Shown piece after piece: positions 14,862 through 24,991 of a stretch of DNA of 63,384 nt; positions within the stretch are counted from its first letter, which is position 1; each line of letters starts with the position of its first letter. This stretch comes from Pseudomonadota bacterium (lineage in GTDB: Bacteria; Pseudomonadota; Gammaproteobacteria; Eutrophobiales; Eutrophobiaceae): assembly GCA_022574295.1 (NCBI GenBank), contig JACZSJ010000002.1, forward strand, positions 1-63,384, in the 5' to 3' direction. Made by a program: the position numbers and the translations under genes. Below the pieces are notes generated by a model that was not told the origin of the DNA, made no database searches, and saw only the letters and a list, made by a program, of their open reading frames with translations.

Positions 14862-17246
14862 TTATTGAGTAGCCCTGAGAGTGAGTTTCTCTGGCGCCAG
14901 ACATATTTGATCATTACAAGCCTGGAATTGAATGACGACAGGGACTAATGCATTTCTATGGGCTGTATTTTCTGCGTTTTTATTTACATTTAATAATCCG
15001 CGCAAAGTGATGTCTCCTTCATAGACTTCCAGAGGCGTGCTTAGAAAACTAAATTTTCGACTTATCGATTCAGGATAAGTAATATTATCTAATTGAAAGG
15101 CGGGAGTGTCGGCATCAATATAAATTGATGTCGGGATGATGTCCTCAACCTCAGATTGATGCGCATTAATATGCCAGTTATCAGCAAGCTGTAGTTTGAC
15201 CTCAAGTATTTTGATTCCTTCAATCTCCTTTATTTCTGCACTTGCCTTGACTGCACCGCGTGCACCATATTGATATTTTCCAACCTCACCGTGGACCAAT
15301 AAATCCAGTGCCTTGTATAAAGAGACAGAAGAAAATATATCTTTATCGGGAGAGGGTAATATTGCTTTTAAGGCCTCATTAGCAAGCTCTGAGTATGAAA
15401 GCTTACCTGAACGTAAGGCCAGGTTTGCCAGTGCTATGATGGCGACTGAATTTCCAGATGGCAGGGCACTGTCGTTCAAACTTTTCGGCTTAGTAAACAA
15501 TGCGTTTTTCGTATCCGACATAAAGAACCCGCCATGGGTATTGTCATAAAAGCGTGAAGACATAAGATCAGCCAGGGTGAGGCTGCGCTGGTGCCAGACT
15601 GGATTGCCATCAATATCGTATAGATCCAATAGTGCCTGAATAAAATAAGCATAATCGTCCAGTTTTGCAGGGATAGAATGCCTGCCATCAAGATAAACCC
15701 TGAATAGTGAACCATTGTGCCAAAGTTTATCCCACAGTAAATTTCCTGTACGTACTGCAGCAATTTTGTATCGGGGTTCATTCAGGACATCTGCAGCCAG
15801 GGTCAGTGTGGATATCATCATGCCATTCATGGCAAGCAAAATCTTGTCGTCACGCAAGGGTGGAATTCGCTGCTTGCGAACCTCAACAAGTTGGGCACGT
15901 ATCCTGTCAATTCGATGTGTTAATGCTTGATAAGACAAATGATGATTTAAGGCATATTCACGTAATGAAACGGGTAGATGCAGGACATTACGCCCATCGA
16001 AATTGCCCTTTTCAGTGATTGCGAATAAATCAATGGCCAAATCTGCGTCTTCTGGGCTAAGAGTCTCTCGGATTTTATCAGGCTGCCAGACAAAATATTT
16101 TCCTTCCACACCTTCACTGTCCGCATCTGTTGCTGAGTAAAATCCTCCTTCACTTGAGGTCATTTCTGTTAAGACATAATCTAGTATCTGGCGTGCTATC
16201 CGTGCATAATTATCCTTCGCTGTAATGCGGTAGGCATGCAGGTAGACCTGACTGAGCTGTGCCTGGTTGTAAAGCATCTTTTCAAAATGGGGTATTAACC
16301 AGATATCATCGGTTGCATAACGATGAAACCCACCACCGATCTGGTCGTAAATACCTCCTTGAGACATTAAGTCTAATGTGGATGCCAGATCCTTATTCAG
16401 TGGTTTATTGCTATCACGTGTCGCAATCTGAAGTAAAAATAATAGTGCGGGTTCATTGGGAAATTTTGGCGCCTCACCAAAGCCACCGGTAAGTGGATTC
16501 AGTCGACTCAATAAATTGTTTGCAGTTTGTTGAATCGTATTTATTCCGAATGATTCTAAATCACTCGTGTTTTTCATGATCTGTGTCACCAGCGCACTCA
16601 GTTCCTCTGATTGCTTTAAAATGACCTCTGGCTCCTCAAGCCAGGTTAAATGTATTTTTTGAAGTAGATCAATGAAGATATCAGGAGGCAGATAGGTCGC
16701 TCCATAAAATGGTTTCCCATCAGGTGCCAAAAATGATGACATGGGCCAGCCCCCGCGTCCTGCAACCAGTCTAACGGCCAGCATATACGCTTCATCCACA
16801 TCAGGGTGGCGCTCTCGGTCTACCTTGATAGCAATAAAATGTTGATTGAGAAATTTTGCGATTTCCTTGTTCTCAAAACTTTCACGCTCCATGACATGGC
16901 ACCAGTGACAGGTGGAATAACCAATTGAAAGAAAGATCAGTTTATTTTTCTTTTTTGCCAATGCAAGGGTTTCTTCACTCCATGGAAACCAGTTAACAGG
17001 ATTATGTGCGTGTTGGGTCAAATAGGGCGAATCTTCAAGAATCAATCGGTTGGTATAGATGGCTTGTCCTTCAGCAGAGAGATGGCGAGTTCTCGGTAGG
17101 TAATCCTTTCCTTTGGCAATGATGGCTCTATTCAGTTGCTGTTCAATCTTTTCGCTATAAGGATCCAGACCAGGCAATGGTTCTGCAAGGCTCACAGAGC
17201 AATAAATAAATATACAAAATATTGGAATTAACTGCTGGATCATCAT
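14862..17246 (-). CDS. secreted thioredoxin-domain (DUF255/YyaL-like) protein with a six-hairpin domain and a C-terminal DsbD-alpha-like domain
   Basis: It has a signal peptide. NPVNWFPW...[17 protein letters not shown] is the DUF255 thioredoxin-like core. The last 130 aa or so, ending ...[19 protein letters not shown], resemble the DsbD N-terminal (DsbD-alpha) domain. Confidence 0.8.
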   Translation of the reverse strand: MMIQQLIPIFCIFIYCSVSLAEPLPGLDPYSEKIEQQLNRAIIAKGKDYLPRTRHLSAEGQAIYTNRLILEDSPYLTQHAHNPVNWFPWSEETLALAKKKNKLIFLSIGYSTCHWCHVMERESFENKEIAKFLNQHFIAIKVDRERHPDVDEAYMLAVRLVAGRGGWPMSSFLAPDGKPFYGATYLPPDIFIDLLQKIHLTWLEEPEVILKQSEELSALVTQIMKNTSDLESFGINTIQQTANNLLSRLNPLTGGFGEAPKFPNEPALLFLLQIATRDSNKPLNKDLASTLDLMSQGGIYDQIGGGFHRYATDDIWLIPHFEKMLYNQAQLSQVYLHAYRITAKDNYARIARQILDYVLTEMTSSEGGFYSATDADSEGVEGKYFVWQPDKIRETLSPEDADLAIDLFAITEKGNFDGRNVLHLPVSLREYALNHHLSYQALTHRIDRIRAQLVEVRKQRIPPLRDDKILLAMNGMMISTLTLAADVLNEPRYKIAAVRTGNLLWDKLWHNGSLFRVYLDGRHSIPAKLDDYAYFIQALLDLYDIDGNPVWHQRSLTLADLMSSRFYDNTHGGFFMSDTKNALFTKPKSLNDSALPSGNSVAIIALANLALRSGKLSYSELANEALKAILPSPDKDIFSSVSLYKALDLLVHGEVGKYQYGARGAVKASAEIKEIEGIKILEVKLQLADNWHINAHQSEVEDIIPTSIYIDADTPAFQLDNITYPESISRKFSFLSTPLEVYEGDITLRGLLNVNKNAENTAHRNALVPVVIQFQACNDQICLAPEKLTLRATQ

Positions 17247-17340
17247 GTCTGATTATCAGGATTCTAAATTACCAAGGGCATATAGATTATATAGAATAGC
17301 ATTATAAATGCCGTAAAATGTTCAACTATTATAATGTTTG

Positions 17341-17361
17341 TACCCAAGTAGTTTTGGCTAT
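17341..17361. repeat. degenerate half-copy of the ATACCCA...TGGGTAT palindromic element
   Basis: tacccaagtagttttggctat compared with tacccaggtagtttgggtat at 38593-38612. Confidence 0.35.
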
Positions 17362-17374
17362 CACTATCATAAAT

Positions 17375-18835
17375 ATGAACGATAAAAACCATAAACAGAT
17401 GTGGGGTCGAAAAAGCAATAATAAATTATTGTTTTTATCTGCCATATTCACGTTAATGCTGACTGCCTGTGGGGACAAAAGGACAGTTTTGGAGATAATA
17501 CGTGAGTCAGGTGAATTACGATTCGTAACGGTAGAGAGCCCGCTGACGTATTTTAAAGGTTCAGATGGTACTGCCGAAGGCCCGGAGTATGAATTGGCCA
17601 GCATGTTTGCCCAGCACCTTGGTCTTGAACTGAATCTAATTGTTGTTGGCAACAAGCATGATGTGGTATCGCTGATCAACAATAATAAAGCCCATGTAGG
17701 CTCATCAGCACTAGCATTATCAGCTTATCCAAACAACACACTTCAATATGGTCCGGCTTACATTACGTCAAAGAGACAGCTTGTTTATTATCATAAAAAC
17801 AGAAAACCAAAATCAATTGAATACCTTACAGAGGATGAAATTGTTATCAGTGAAGAGGAGTCTACCCAGGTTCTGCTGAAAATATTGAGTTTTTATCATC
17901 CTGATCTTGCATGGCGCGTGCTCGAAGATAAAGGTATGACTGAAATCCTCAGCCTGGTTAACGAAAACAGTGTTCCCATTGCGATAGCAGATTCTAACTG
18001 GGTTGCTATATATCGTCATCTGTTTCCTGAAGTCAGAGTTGCTTTTGATATCACAGGCGAATTACCTGTCGCCTGGATATATAAACGCAAGAGTGATCAT
18101 TCTCTGGATAAAGCAGTCAGGAGTTTTTTCAGGAAAATTCAAAAGAATGGCACATTGGATAAATTAATTGATCATTATTACCAACATAGAGAATCGTTTG
18201 ATTATGTAGATACGCGTACATTTTTAGAGAATGTTGATAACAGGTTGCCGAATTTCAGAGAACTGTTTCAAAAATCAGCCAGAGAAACAAAACTGGACTG
18301 GTTGCTACTCGCAGCAGTGAGCTATCAGGAGTCCCATTGGGATCCAAAAGCAAAATCATCAACCGGTGTACGAGGGTTGATGATGTTAACAATAGATACG
18401 GCCAAATCATTGGGTATTGAGGACAGGCTTGATCCAGAACAAAGCATCCTGGGCGGTGCACGCTATCTGTCAAAAATGATGGACAAAATCTCTGAAAGAA
18501 TTAAGGATGAAGATAGAGTGTGGTTTGCCCTTGCTGCATATAATGTCGGTTTTGGGCACCTCGAAGATGCAAGAATACTGACCCAATTACAAGGAGGCGA
18601 TCCAGATAAATGGACGGATGTAAGTGAACGATTGCCTTTATTAGCGGATAAAAACTGGTATCGAAAAACAAAATATGGATATGCCAGAGGAGGGGAGCCT
18701 GTAAAGTTCGTAAAAAATATTCGTCGCTATCGTGACATTCTGAAATGGAAAAATGCAGAGTTTGAAAAAGCTGCCCAACAACGCAGAGACAGAAAAACCA
18801 GGGCAGTGCCGGTTATCAATTCCTGGGCTCTGTAA
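17375..18835 (+). CDS. mltF: membrane-bound lytic murein transglycosylase F
   Basis: Lipoprotein signal (LTACGD), an N-terminal solute-binding-like domain, and a C-terminal SLT domain (AVSYQESHWDP, GLMMLT, AAYNVG). The start is taken at the ATG at 17375. Confidence 0.9.
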   Translation: MNDKNHKQMWGRKSNNKLLFLSAIFTLMLTACGDKRTVLEIIRESGELRFVTVESPLTYFKGSDGTAEGPEYELASMFAQHLGLELNLIVVGNKHDVVSLINNNKAHVGSSALALSAYPNNTLQYGPAYITSKRQLVYYHKNRKPKSIEYLTEDEIVISEEESTQVLLKILSFYHPDLAWRVLEDKGMTEILSLVNENSVPIAIADSNWVAIYRHLFPEVRVAFDITGELPVAWIYKRKSDHSLDKAVRSFFRKIQKNGTLDKLIDHYYQHRESFDYVDTRTFLENVDNRLPNFRELFQKSARETKLDWLLLAAVSYQESHWDPKAKSSTGVRGLMMLTIDTAKSLGIEDRLDPEQSILGGARYLSKMMDKISERIKDEDRVWFALAAYNVGFGHLEDARILTQLQGGDPDKWTDVSERLPLLADKNWYRKTKYGYARGGEPVKFVKNIRRYRDILKWKNAEFEKAAQQRRDRKTRAVPVINSWAL

Positions 18836-18945
18836 TTAATAATTTAGCAATCAAAACCGTGCTTCCCTGCACAGATTTGGACCACTCAATGCTGCACATG
18901 CCCACATTGGCTCCAAGTTTCACGCTGGCTCTTTCGTGAGTTAGT

Positions 18946-20217
18946 TTATTTCTCCGGCAATCTAGTAGATTTCCGAGCAAATAATTTATCCTGATTCTCC
19001 TGCCATTTATTTGCCAGTGTTTCAGCTTCGATAATCTGGATGTCAGTCAATTTTCTACCAATCTTGCGCAGGATCTTTTTGATAATTGGATCTTGTGATT
19101 GATGTGCGAGAATCAGCCACGCATATGCTTTGACATCGTCCTTTTCGACACCAAGACCTTTGGTAAGATGTATTGCAGTGGCATATTGTGCCTTTACATA
19201 TCCTTGTTTCGCGGCTTTTCTAAACCAGTTGTATGCGGTCTTCTCATCCATATCCACCCCCAGTCCCTGGCCATACAGTCGCCCCAGTCGATATTGAGCT
19301 TTGGCATAACCAGCTTCAGCCGCCAGTTGATGTAGGTTGGCCGCCATTGCTTTATTAGGTGGAACACCGAGCCCTTCCAGATAGATCTTCCCCAATTGAT
19401 AATTTGCTTTTGCATAATTCTGGTCTGCCGCTTTCTGAAACCATCTGATCGCTTCAGAGAAATCCTGTTCTACGCCAAGGCTGTGCAGATACAGGAGCCC
19501 AAGATTAAACTGCGCTTTTACATAGCCTTGTTTTGCCGATTTTTCCTGCCACTCAAAGGCCTTTTCTTCATCTTGTTCAACGGCATGGCCACCGGCATAC
19601 ATTAATGACAGATTATATTGAGCCTTATCATATCCATGCGTGGCAGCTTCTTGATACCACTCGTAGGCCTGTTCAAAATTTTGTTCTGTCCCCTGGCCAT
19701 TCATACACATTAGACCAGCACTCAGTTGAGCTTTTACGTGCCCTTGTCTGGCAGCACGGGCATACCATTGAAAGGCTTTTTCATAATTTCTACTGGTACC
19801 ATGACCATGAGCATACATATAGGCCAGATTATATCTGGCACCTGCGTGCCCATTTTTTGAAGCTTTCAAATACCACTGGAAGGCCTGTGAATAATCTTTT
19901 TCAATGCCCAGACCACGTTGAAAACACCAGGCCAGGTTTGCCTGCGCAGCATCCTCATTTTGTTTTGCCGATAAAGAAAACCAGTGAAAAGCCTGCGTAT
20001 AATCCTGTGGTACACCTCTGCCTTTGGTAAACAGTTTTCCCAACAGGTTCTGCGCTTTCCTCGATCCAGCTTCGGCAGCCTGACGATACCAATAGGCAGC
20101 CTGACCAAAATCAACGGGCACACCGAAGCCGCTTTCATATAAATCTGCAAGCTGGAGCTGCGCATCATGGTCGCCAGTACCAGCCTCAGAAATTAGTTGT
20201 GATATGTCTAGCGGCAT
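18946..20217 (-). CDS. Sel1-repeat (TPR-like) protein
   Basis: 423 aa made of about ten tandem repeats of roughly 36 aa, of the form A..WY.KAA.QG...AQ..LG.MY..G.GV..D. No signal peptide. Confidence 0.9.
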   Translation of the reverse strand: MPLDISQLISEAGTGDHDAQLQLADLYESGFGVPVDFGQAAYWYRQAAEAGSRKAQNLLGKLFTKGRGVPQDYTQAFHWFSLSAKQNEDAAQANLAWCFQRGLGIEKDYSQAFQWYLKASKNGHAGARYNLAYMYAHGHGTSRNYEKAFQWYARAARQGHVKAQLSAGLMCMNGQGTEQNFEQAYEWYQEAATHGYDKAQYNLSLMYAGGHAVEQDEEKAFEWQEKSAKQGYVKAQFNLGLLYLHSLGVEQDFSEAIRWFQKAADQNYAKANYQLGKIYLEGLGVPPNKAMAANLHQLAAEAGYAKAQYRLGRLYGQGLGVDMDEKTAYNWFRKAAKQGYVKAQYATAIHLTKGLGVEKDDVKAYAWLILAHQSQDPIIKKILRKIGRKLTDIQIIEAETLANKWQENQDKLFARKSTRLPEK

Positions 20218-20273
20218 AATTATTTAATAACAGGTCTTACCGTTGTTCATGAGCGCCTGATAGAATCATAACT

Positions 20274-21275
20274 ATGAATGATGAAAAAGCGAATGTCTCT
20301 TATCAAAATCTTGGCCCGAATGAGATCCTGGATGCGATTGAGAGCACAGGATTGAGCTGTGATGGGCGTATCTTTGCATTGAATAGTTATGAGAACAGGG
20401 TTTACCAGATTGGGTTAGATGAATCAGAGCCGGTGATTGCCAAATTTTACAGACCAGCCCGATGGTCAGATGAGGCCATCAGGGAAGAACAGCAATTTAC
20501 GCTTCAATTGCTTGAACATGAAATTCCCGTAATTGCTCCGCTTGTTGATGAACATGGTGAGACATTACATCGCTATGAGAACTTCCGTTTTTCACTCTAT
20601 CCCAGGAGAGGAGGTCGCCCTCCTGAACTGGACAACCCTGAACACCTTAAACAATTGGGCAGATATATGGCACGCATCCACAATGTGAGTGCGGCTGAAC
20701 CCTATCAGCATAGACCAACACTGGATCCTGAAAGTTTTGGTGCTGATTCTAATGCCTATTTACTCGAGAATGGTTTCATCCCCATTGAACTTGAAACGGC
20801 TTACCAGACATTAACCGAAGATATTATGAAAAGGATTTATCAATGTTACGAGAGATCAGGAGATCATAGCGTGATCAGGTTACACGGAGATTGTCATCAC
20901 GGGAATATCCTCTGGCGAGATGGATCACCTTTTATTCTTGATTTCGATGATGCCCGGATGGGGCCAGTTATGCAGGATTTATGGATGTTTTTATCAGGTG
21001 ACCGTGACTATATGACCGAAAGACTGGCAGATTTACTGGAAGGTTACTCAGAGTTTCGCGAATTTGATGTCAGAGAACTATATTTAATTGAAGCACTCAG
21101 GTCTTTAAGGTTAATGCATCATTCCGCATGGTTGGCGCGTCGATGGGATGATCCTGCTTTTCCGATGGCTTTTCCATATTTCAATACCCAACAGTATTGG
21201 GAAGATCATATACTGAGCTTACGTGAGCAGGCAGCATTAATGGACGAACCACCGTTAGAGTGGAACAGGTTTTAA
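20274..21275 (+). CDS. srkA: stress-response serine/threonine kinase SrkA (YihE/RdoA family)
   Basis: ALNSYENRVYQI, KFYRPARWS and LHGDCHHGNILW motifs; 333 aa. Confidence 0.85.
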   Translation: MNDEKANVSYQNLGPNEILDAIESTGLSCDGRIFALNSYENRVYQIGLDESEPVIAKFYRPARWSDEAIREEQQFTLQLLEHEIPVIAPLVDEHGETLHRYENFRFSLYPRRGGRPPELDNPEHLKQLGRYMARIHNVSAAEPYQHRPTLDPESFGADSNAYLLENGFIPIELETAYQTLTEDIMKRIYQCYERSGDHSVIRLHGDCHHGNILWRDGSPFILDFDDARMGPVMQDLWMFLSGDRDYMTERLADLLEGYSEFREFDVRELYLIEALRSLRLMHHSAWLARRWDDPAFPMAFPYFNTQQYWEDHILSLREQAALMDEPPLEWNRF

Positions 21276-21292
21276 AATACCAGAAACAAAAA

Positions 21293-23128
21293 ATGTCAAC
21301 AATTTTAGATAGTCCAGCCCCGGAAAAGGTGATGACACAGAATCATGTGTATAACTGGCAATATATTTTAACGATTGCCAGCAAACATAAACGAGAACTT
21401 GTTTACGCAAATATCATCGCTATCCTTGCAACACTCGCCAGTTTGCCTCTACCGCTACTAATGCCACTATTGGTTGATGAAGTCTTATTGAATCAACCCG
21501 CAACAATTGTTGCAGCAATCAACTCCATCACTCCTGATTCATCGCATGGGCCGACACTTTATATTTCGGTGATACTTGTGCTTACTTTATGCTTGCGACT
21601 GACTTCTCTGGTGTTGAATGTATGGCAATCCAGACAATTCACCATCATAGCCAAAGATGTCATTTTCAGAATTCGACATGCCTTGTTGTCACATTTGGAA
21701 AAAGTTTCCATGTCTGAGTACGAAACGCTGGGTTCTGGCACAGTCGCTTCATATCTGGTGACTGATTTGCAAACAGTCGATGAATTTGTTGGTAGTACTG
21801 TCAGTCGTTTACTGGTCGCTGTTCTGACGGTTATCGGAGTTGCAGCGATACTACTCTGGATGCATTGGCAATTGGCATTGCTTATCCTGTTTGTTAATCC
21901 GCTGGTAATTTCTTTTACGATGATATTGGGAAAGCATGTTAAGGAATTGAAGAAACAAGAAAATGCAGCATTTGCAATCTTCCAGCAAAGTTTAATCGAA
22001 ACGCTTGATTCAATTCATCAGATACGCGCCAGTAATCGTGAGCGTCATTACATCATGCGCATTATCGATCAAGCACGCGCGGTCAAGGAACAGGGTGCTG
22101 CATTTGCCTGGAAAAGCGATGCGGCGAACCGTTTGAGTTTTGTGGTGTTTCTGTTTGGGTTTGATCTGTTTCGTGCAGTCGCCATGATGATGGTGGTTTT
22201 TTCAGGTCTAAGCATTGGACAAATGTTCGCTGTATTTGGTTATCTCTGGTTCATGATGGGACCAGTGCAGGAGATCCTCAACATACAATTTGCCTGGTAT
22301 GGTGCAAAAGCTGCGCTTGAACGGATTAATTGCCTACCGGAATTACATCGGGAACCTGAATATCGCCACGACAAAAATCCATTTGATGGCAGTCATACGG
22401 TCGGGATCAGAATTGAAGATGTTTATTTTGCCTATGGCAGTAGCGAGTCAGATGTTTTAAATGGTATTAATTTGAATATAGAGGCAGGGGAGAAAGTGGC
22501 ACTGGTCGGTGCCAGTGGCGGTGGTAAATCGACTCTGGTACAGGTTTTGATTGGTTTATATACCGCCAGGGAAGGTATGATTTATTATGATGGTGTTCCT
22601 GTTACAGATATTGGCCTTGATGTTATTCGTGGTAACGTCGCAACAGTATTGCAACACCCGGCATTGTTTAATGATTCCATTAGGACTAATTTAACAATGG
22701 GTCGTGAACTGAGTGATTCTCGTTTATGGCACGCCCTGGAAATAGCACAATTAAAGAACACAGTAGAGAAAATGCAAGATGGTCTGGATACCATTGTCGG
22801 TAGGCAAGGGATACGGTTATCTGGGGGTCAAAGACAAAGACTAGCCATCGCACGCATGGTATTAAGTGAACCAAAGGTCGTGATTCTGGATGAAGCAACA
22901 TCGGCACTGGATGCCGAGACAGAATATCAACTTCATGCCGCACTGAGTGATTTTCTCAAAGATAGAACTACCTTGATAGTAGCGCACAGGCTAAGCGCTA
23001 TTAAACAGGCAAGTCACGTCTATGTATTTGAAGCAGGGGTGATCAGTGAACAGGGCAGCCATCGGGAATTACTTTCCCAGGATGGCCTGTATTCAAAACT
23101 TTATGGTGTCAGACAATCAATGAATTAA
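21293..23128 (+). CDS. ABC transporter, fused permease/ATP-binding protein (MsbA-like exporter)
   Basis: Six-TM N-terminal half, Walker A GASGGGKST, signature LSGGQRQR and Walker B VILDEATS. The ATG at 21293 is preferred over the GTG at 21260. Confidence 0.9.
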   Translation: MSTILDSPAPEKVMTQNHVYNWQYILTIASKHKRELVYANIIAILATLASLPLPLLMPLLVDEVLLNQPATIVAAINSITPDSSHGPTLYISVILVLTLCLRLTSLVLNVWQSRQFTIIAKDVIFRIRHALLSHLEKVSMSEYETLGSGTVASYLVTDLQTVDEFVGSTVSRLLVAVLTVIGVAAILLWMHWQLALLILFVNPLVISFTMILGKHVKELKKQENAAFAIFQQSLIETLDSIHQIRASNRERHYIMRIIDQARAVKEQGAAFAWKSDAANRLSFVVFLFGFDLFRAVAMMMVVFSGLSIGQMFAVFGYLWFMMGPVQEILNIQFAWYGAKAALERINCLPELHREPEYRHDKNPFDGSHTVGIRIEDVYFAYGSSESDVLNGINLNIEAGEKVALVGASGGGKSTLVQVLIGLYTAREGMIYYDGVPVTDIGLDVIRGNVATVLQHPALFNDSIRTNLTMGRELSDSRLWHALEIAQLKNTVEKMQDGLDTIVGRQGIRLSGGQRQRLAIARMVLSEPKVVILDEATSALDAETEYQLHAALSDFLKDRTTLIVAHRLSAIKQASHVYVFEAGVISEQGSHRELLSQDGLYSKLYGVRQSMN

Positions 23129-23267
23129 GTGCACCTCTATTAATTATATTTTTTCGCGATTGCTGCGTCAGCTCCGTGCTCAGATCCTCATGTATCTCAC
23201 ATACACTCCGGTCTTCCCTCGGCACTTCCTTGAACACACAAAAAAATCTCAATTACTAGAGGCACAC
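23129..23267. repeat. small TIR-bounded (MITE-like) element, copy B
   Basis: GTGCACCTCTATTAATT (23129-23145) and AATTACTAGAGGCACAC (23251-23267) form a 14/17 inverted repeat. The left end is near-identical to the left end of copy A. It starts 1 nt after the ABC-transporter stop codon. Confidence 0.5.
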
Positions 23268-23369
23268 TCGACGGAGATGACAAAAAATATTTCACTCTCC
23301 TTCAGCCAGATCTTTGCTTAGCGCCATATCTGTATCCCTTGTCTAAGAACCTTTCAATGTGAAAAACCC

Positions 23370-23975
23370 TTAATTAGAAAACAGGGTGTCCCGTTCGGCC
23401 ATGTACAATTCCAGACTATTTCTAACTGCATTGATAACACCACGAGAAGTAATTGTTGCGCCACTTAACTGATCAAAAACACCGGCCTCATCCTTAATAG
23501 CCCATGACTCCATTGGCGTGATTTCGAATGACTGATTGGCAAAATTATTCAGCCAGTCAGATTTATCCTGATGAACGTTCCCACCAAGACCCTCTGTCTC
23601 CTGATGTTTTAATACCCGTACACCCGACAGGGTGCCATCGTGGTGAATACCGATCGAGAGATGGATGGTTCCGTTATAGCCTTTTGCTGGTATTGGCATG
23701 AATACCACGCCAACGGGTTGGCCAGATCTTCGCGCTCTGTATACGGTTGTTGTTAGCTGATTTCCAGAATCATCAGAATAATTGATAACCTTAACATCAT
23801 CATAAATATCGTTATCAAAATCGGGAGGCATGACTGCACGAATCACCTGTAATTTTTCTATTTTGATATTTTCAGAAATACGTTCATAGGTCAGTTCGTG
23901 GGTAATCGATAAAACAATTGCACACAGACCTGCCAAAATAATCAAGGGAAGTAATTTTTTGTCTGGAGTCATCAT
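23370..23975 (-). CDS. rnfG: Rnf electron-transport complex subunit G
   Basis: N-terminal TM and the FMN-attachment motif SGATITSRGV; 201 aa. Confidence 0.9.
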   Translation of the reverse strand: MMTPDKKLLPLIILAGLCAIVLSITHELTYERISENIKIEKLQVIRAVMPPDFDNDIYDDVKVINYSDDSGNQLTTTVYRARRSGQPVGVVFMPIPAKGYNGTIHLSIGIHHDGTLSGVRVLKHQETEGLGGNVHQDKSDWLNNFANQSFEITPMESWAIKDEAGVFDQLSGATITSRGVINAVRNSLELYMAERDTLFSN

Positions 23976-24991
23976 GGTGTTGTTTTACCAAAAACAACAG
24001 GACGGGTGACATTGTCGATAAATGGTACTGCAGCGTTCATTATCAGTACGGCAAAAGCGATACCATCTGGATACCCTCCCCACGTCCTGATGACATAAGT
24101 CAGTATTCCGATCCCGGTGGCATAAATAATCTTTCCACGGGGAGTAGCTGAAGCCGTCACAGGATCAGTGGCAATAAAAAAGGCAGCGAGCAGTGTTCCT
24201 CCAGTGAATAAATGAAACATTGATGAGACATATCTCTCAGAATCGTAACCATGAAAAATAAGGCCTGATAAAAATAAGGTGAATATCATTATCAGGGGTA
24301 TTTGCCACTTAATTATTCCCTTGATGATTAACCATACCCCACCTACCAGGAAGGAAAGACCAATCCACTCCCAGCCTTTGCCTCCCAGCGATCCAAACAC
24401 GGGGTCACTGGAAAATTCAGAAACCATCACCATGCCACTTATTTGTGATTTGGCGAATGCTAATGGAGTGGCTCCACTCAGGCCATCGATACTTGCAGGG
24501 GGCAAACCAGAGAATATAATTTTCAGGCTTTCGATGAATCCGGTACTATTTTCTATTGCTGGCCAATAATTTAACTCAACAGGGAAACTAATCAACACAA
24601 AGGCATAACCGGCCATGGCAGGATTAAAAATATTGTAGCCAAGGCCGCCATAAAGATGTTTTGTAATCACAACCGCAAAACAAATGCCACTGATGGTCAC
24701 CCACCAGGGGGCGAAGGGGGTGATGGTTAAGGCGAATAACAAACCTGTGATAATGGCGCTTCCATCAAACAAAAAATCCTGGATCGGACGCTTTCTGAGA
24801 ATCAACATGATCGCCTCGAAAACCAGGGCGAAAAAAACAGCAAGCAAGCAGTGTATAAGGATGCCCCATCCTAATATCCATACGGAAACAATAATTCCCG
24901 GGACAAGTGCAAATATCACCTGTTGCATTACCTTGTTCACTGATGTTTGTAGGTGAATGTGGGGCGAATTTATTTTGTCGATATCACTCAT
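23972..24991 (-). CDS. rnfD: Rnf electron-transport complex subunit D
   Basis: Polytopic, with the FMN-attachment motif LSGATPL; 339 aa. It overlaps rnfG and rnfC by 4 nt each. Confidence 0.92.
   Translation of the reverse strand: MSDIDKINSPHIHLQTSVNKVMQQVIFALVPGIIVSVWILGWGILIHCLLAVFFALVFEAIMLILRKRPIQDFLFDGSAIITGLLFALTITPFAPWWVTISGICFAVVITKHLYGGLGYNIFNPAMAGYAFVLISFPVELNYWPAIENSTGFIESLKIIFSGLPPASIDGLSGATPLAFAKSQISGMVMVSEFSSDPVFGSLGGKGWEWIGLSFLVGGVWLIIKGIIKWQIPLIMIFTLFLSGLIFHGYDSERYVSSMFHLFTGGTLLAAFFIATDPVTASATPRGKIIYATGIGILTYVIRTWGGYPDGIAFAVLIMNAAVPFIDNVTRPVVFGKTTP

Noticed and set aside
19533-20030. 165-aa plus-strand ORF and other ORFs inside the Sel1-repeat gene
   Set aside because: They are antisense to a gene with about ten clear Sel1 repeats. 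Repetitive DNA keeps the opposite frames open by chance.
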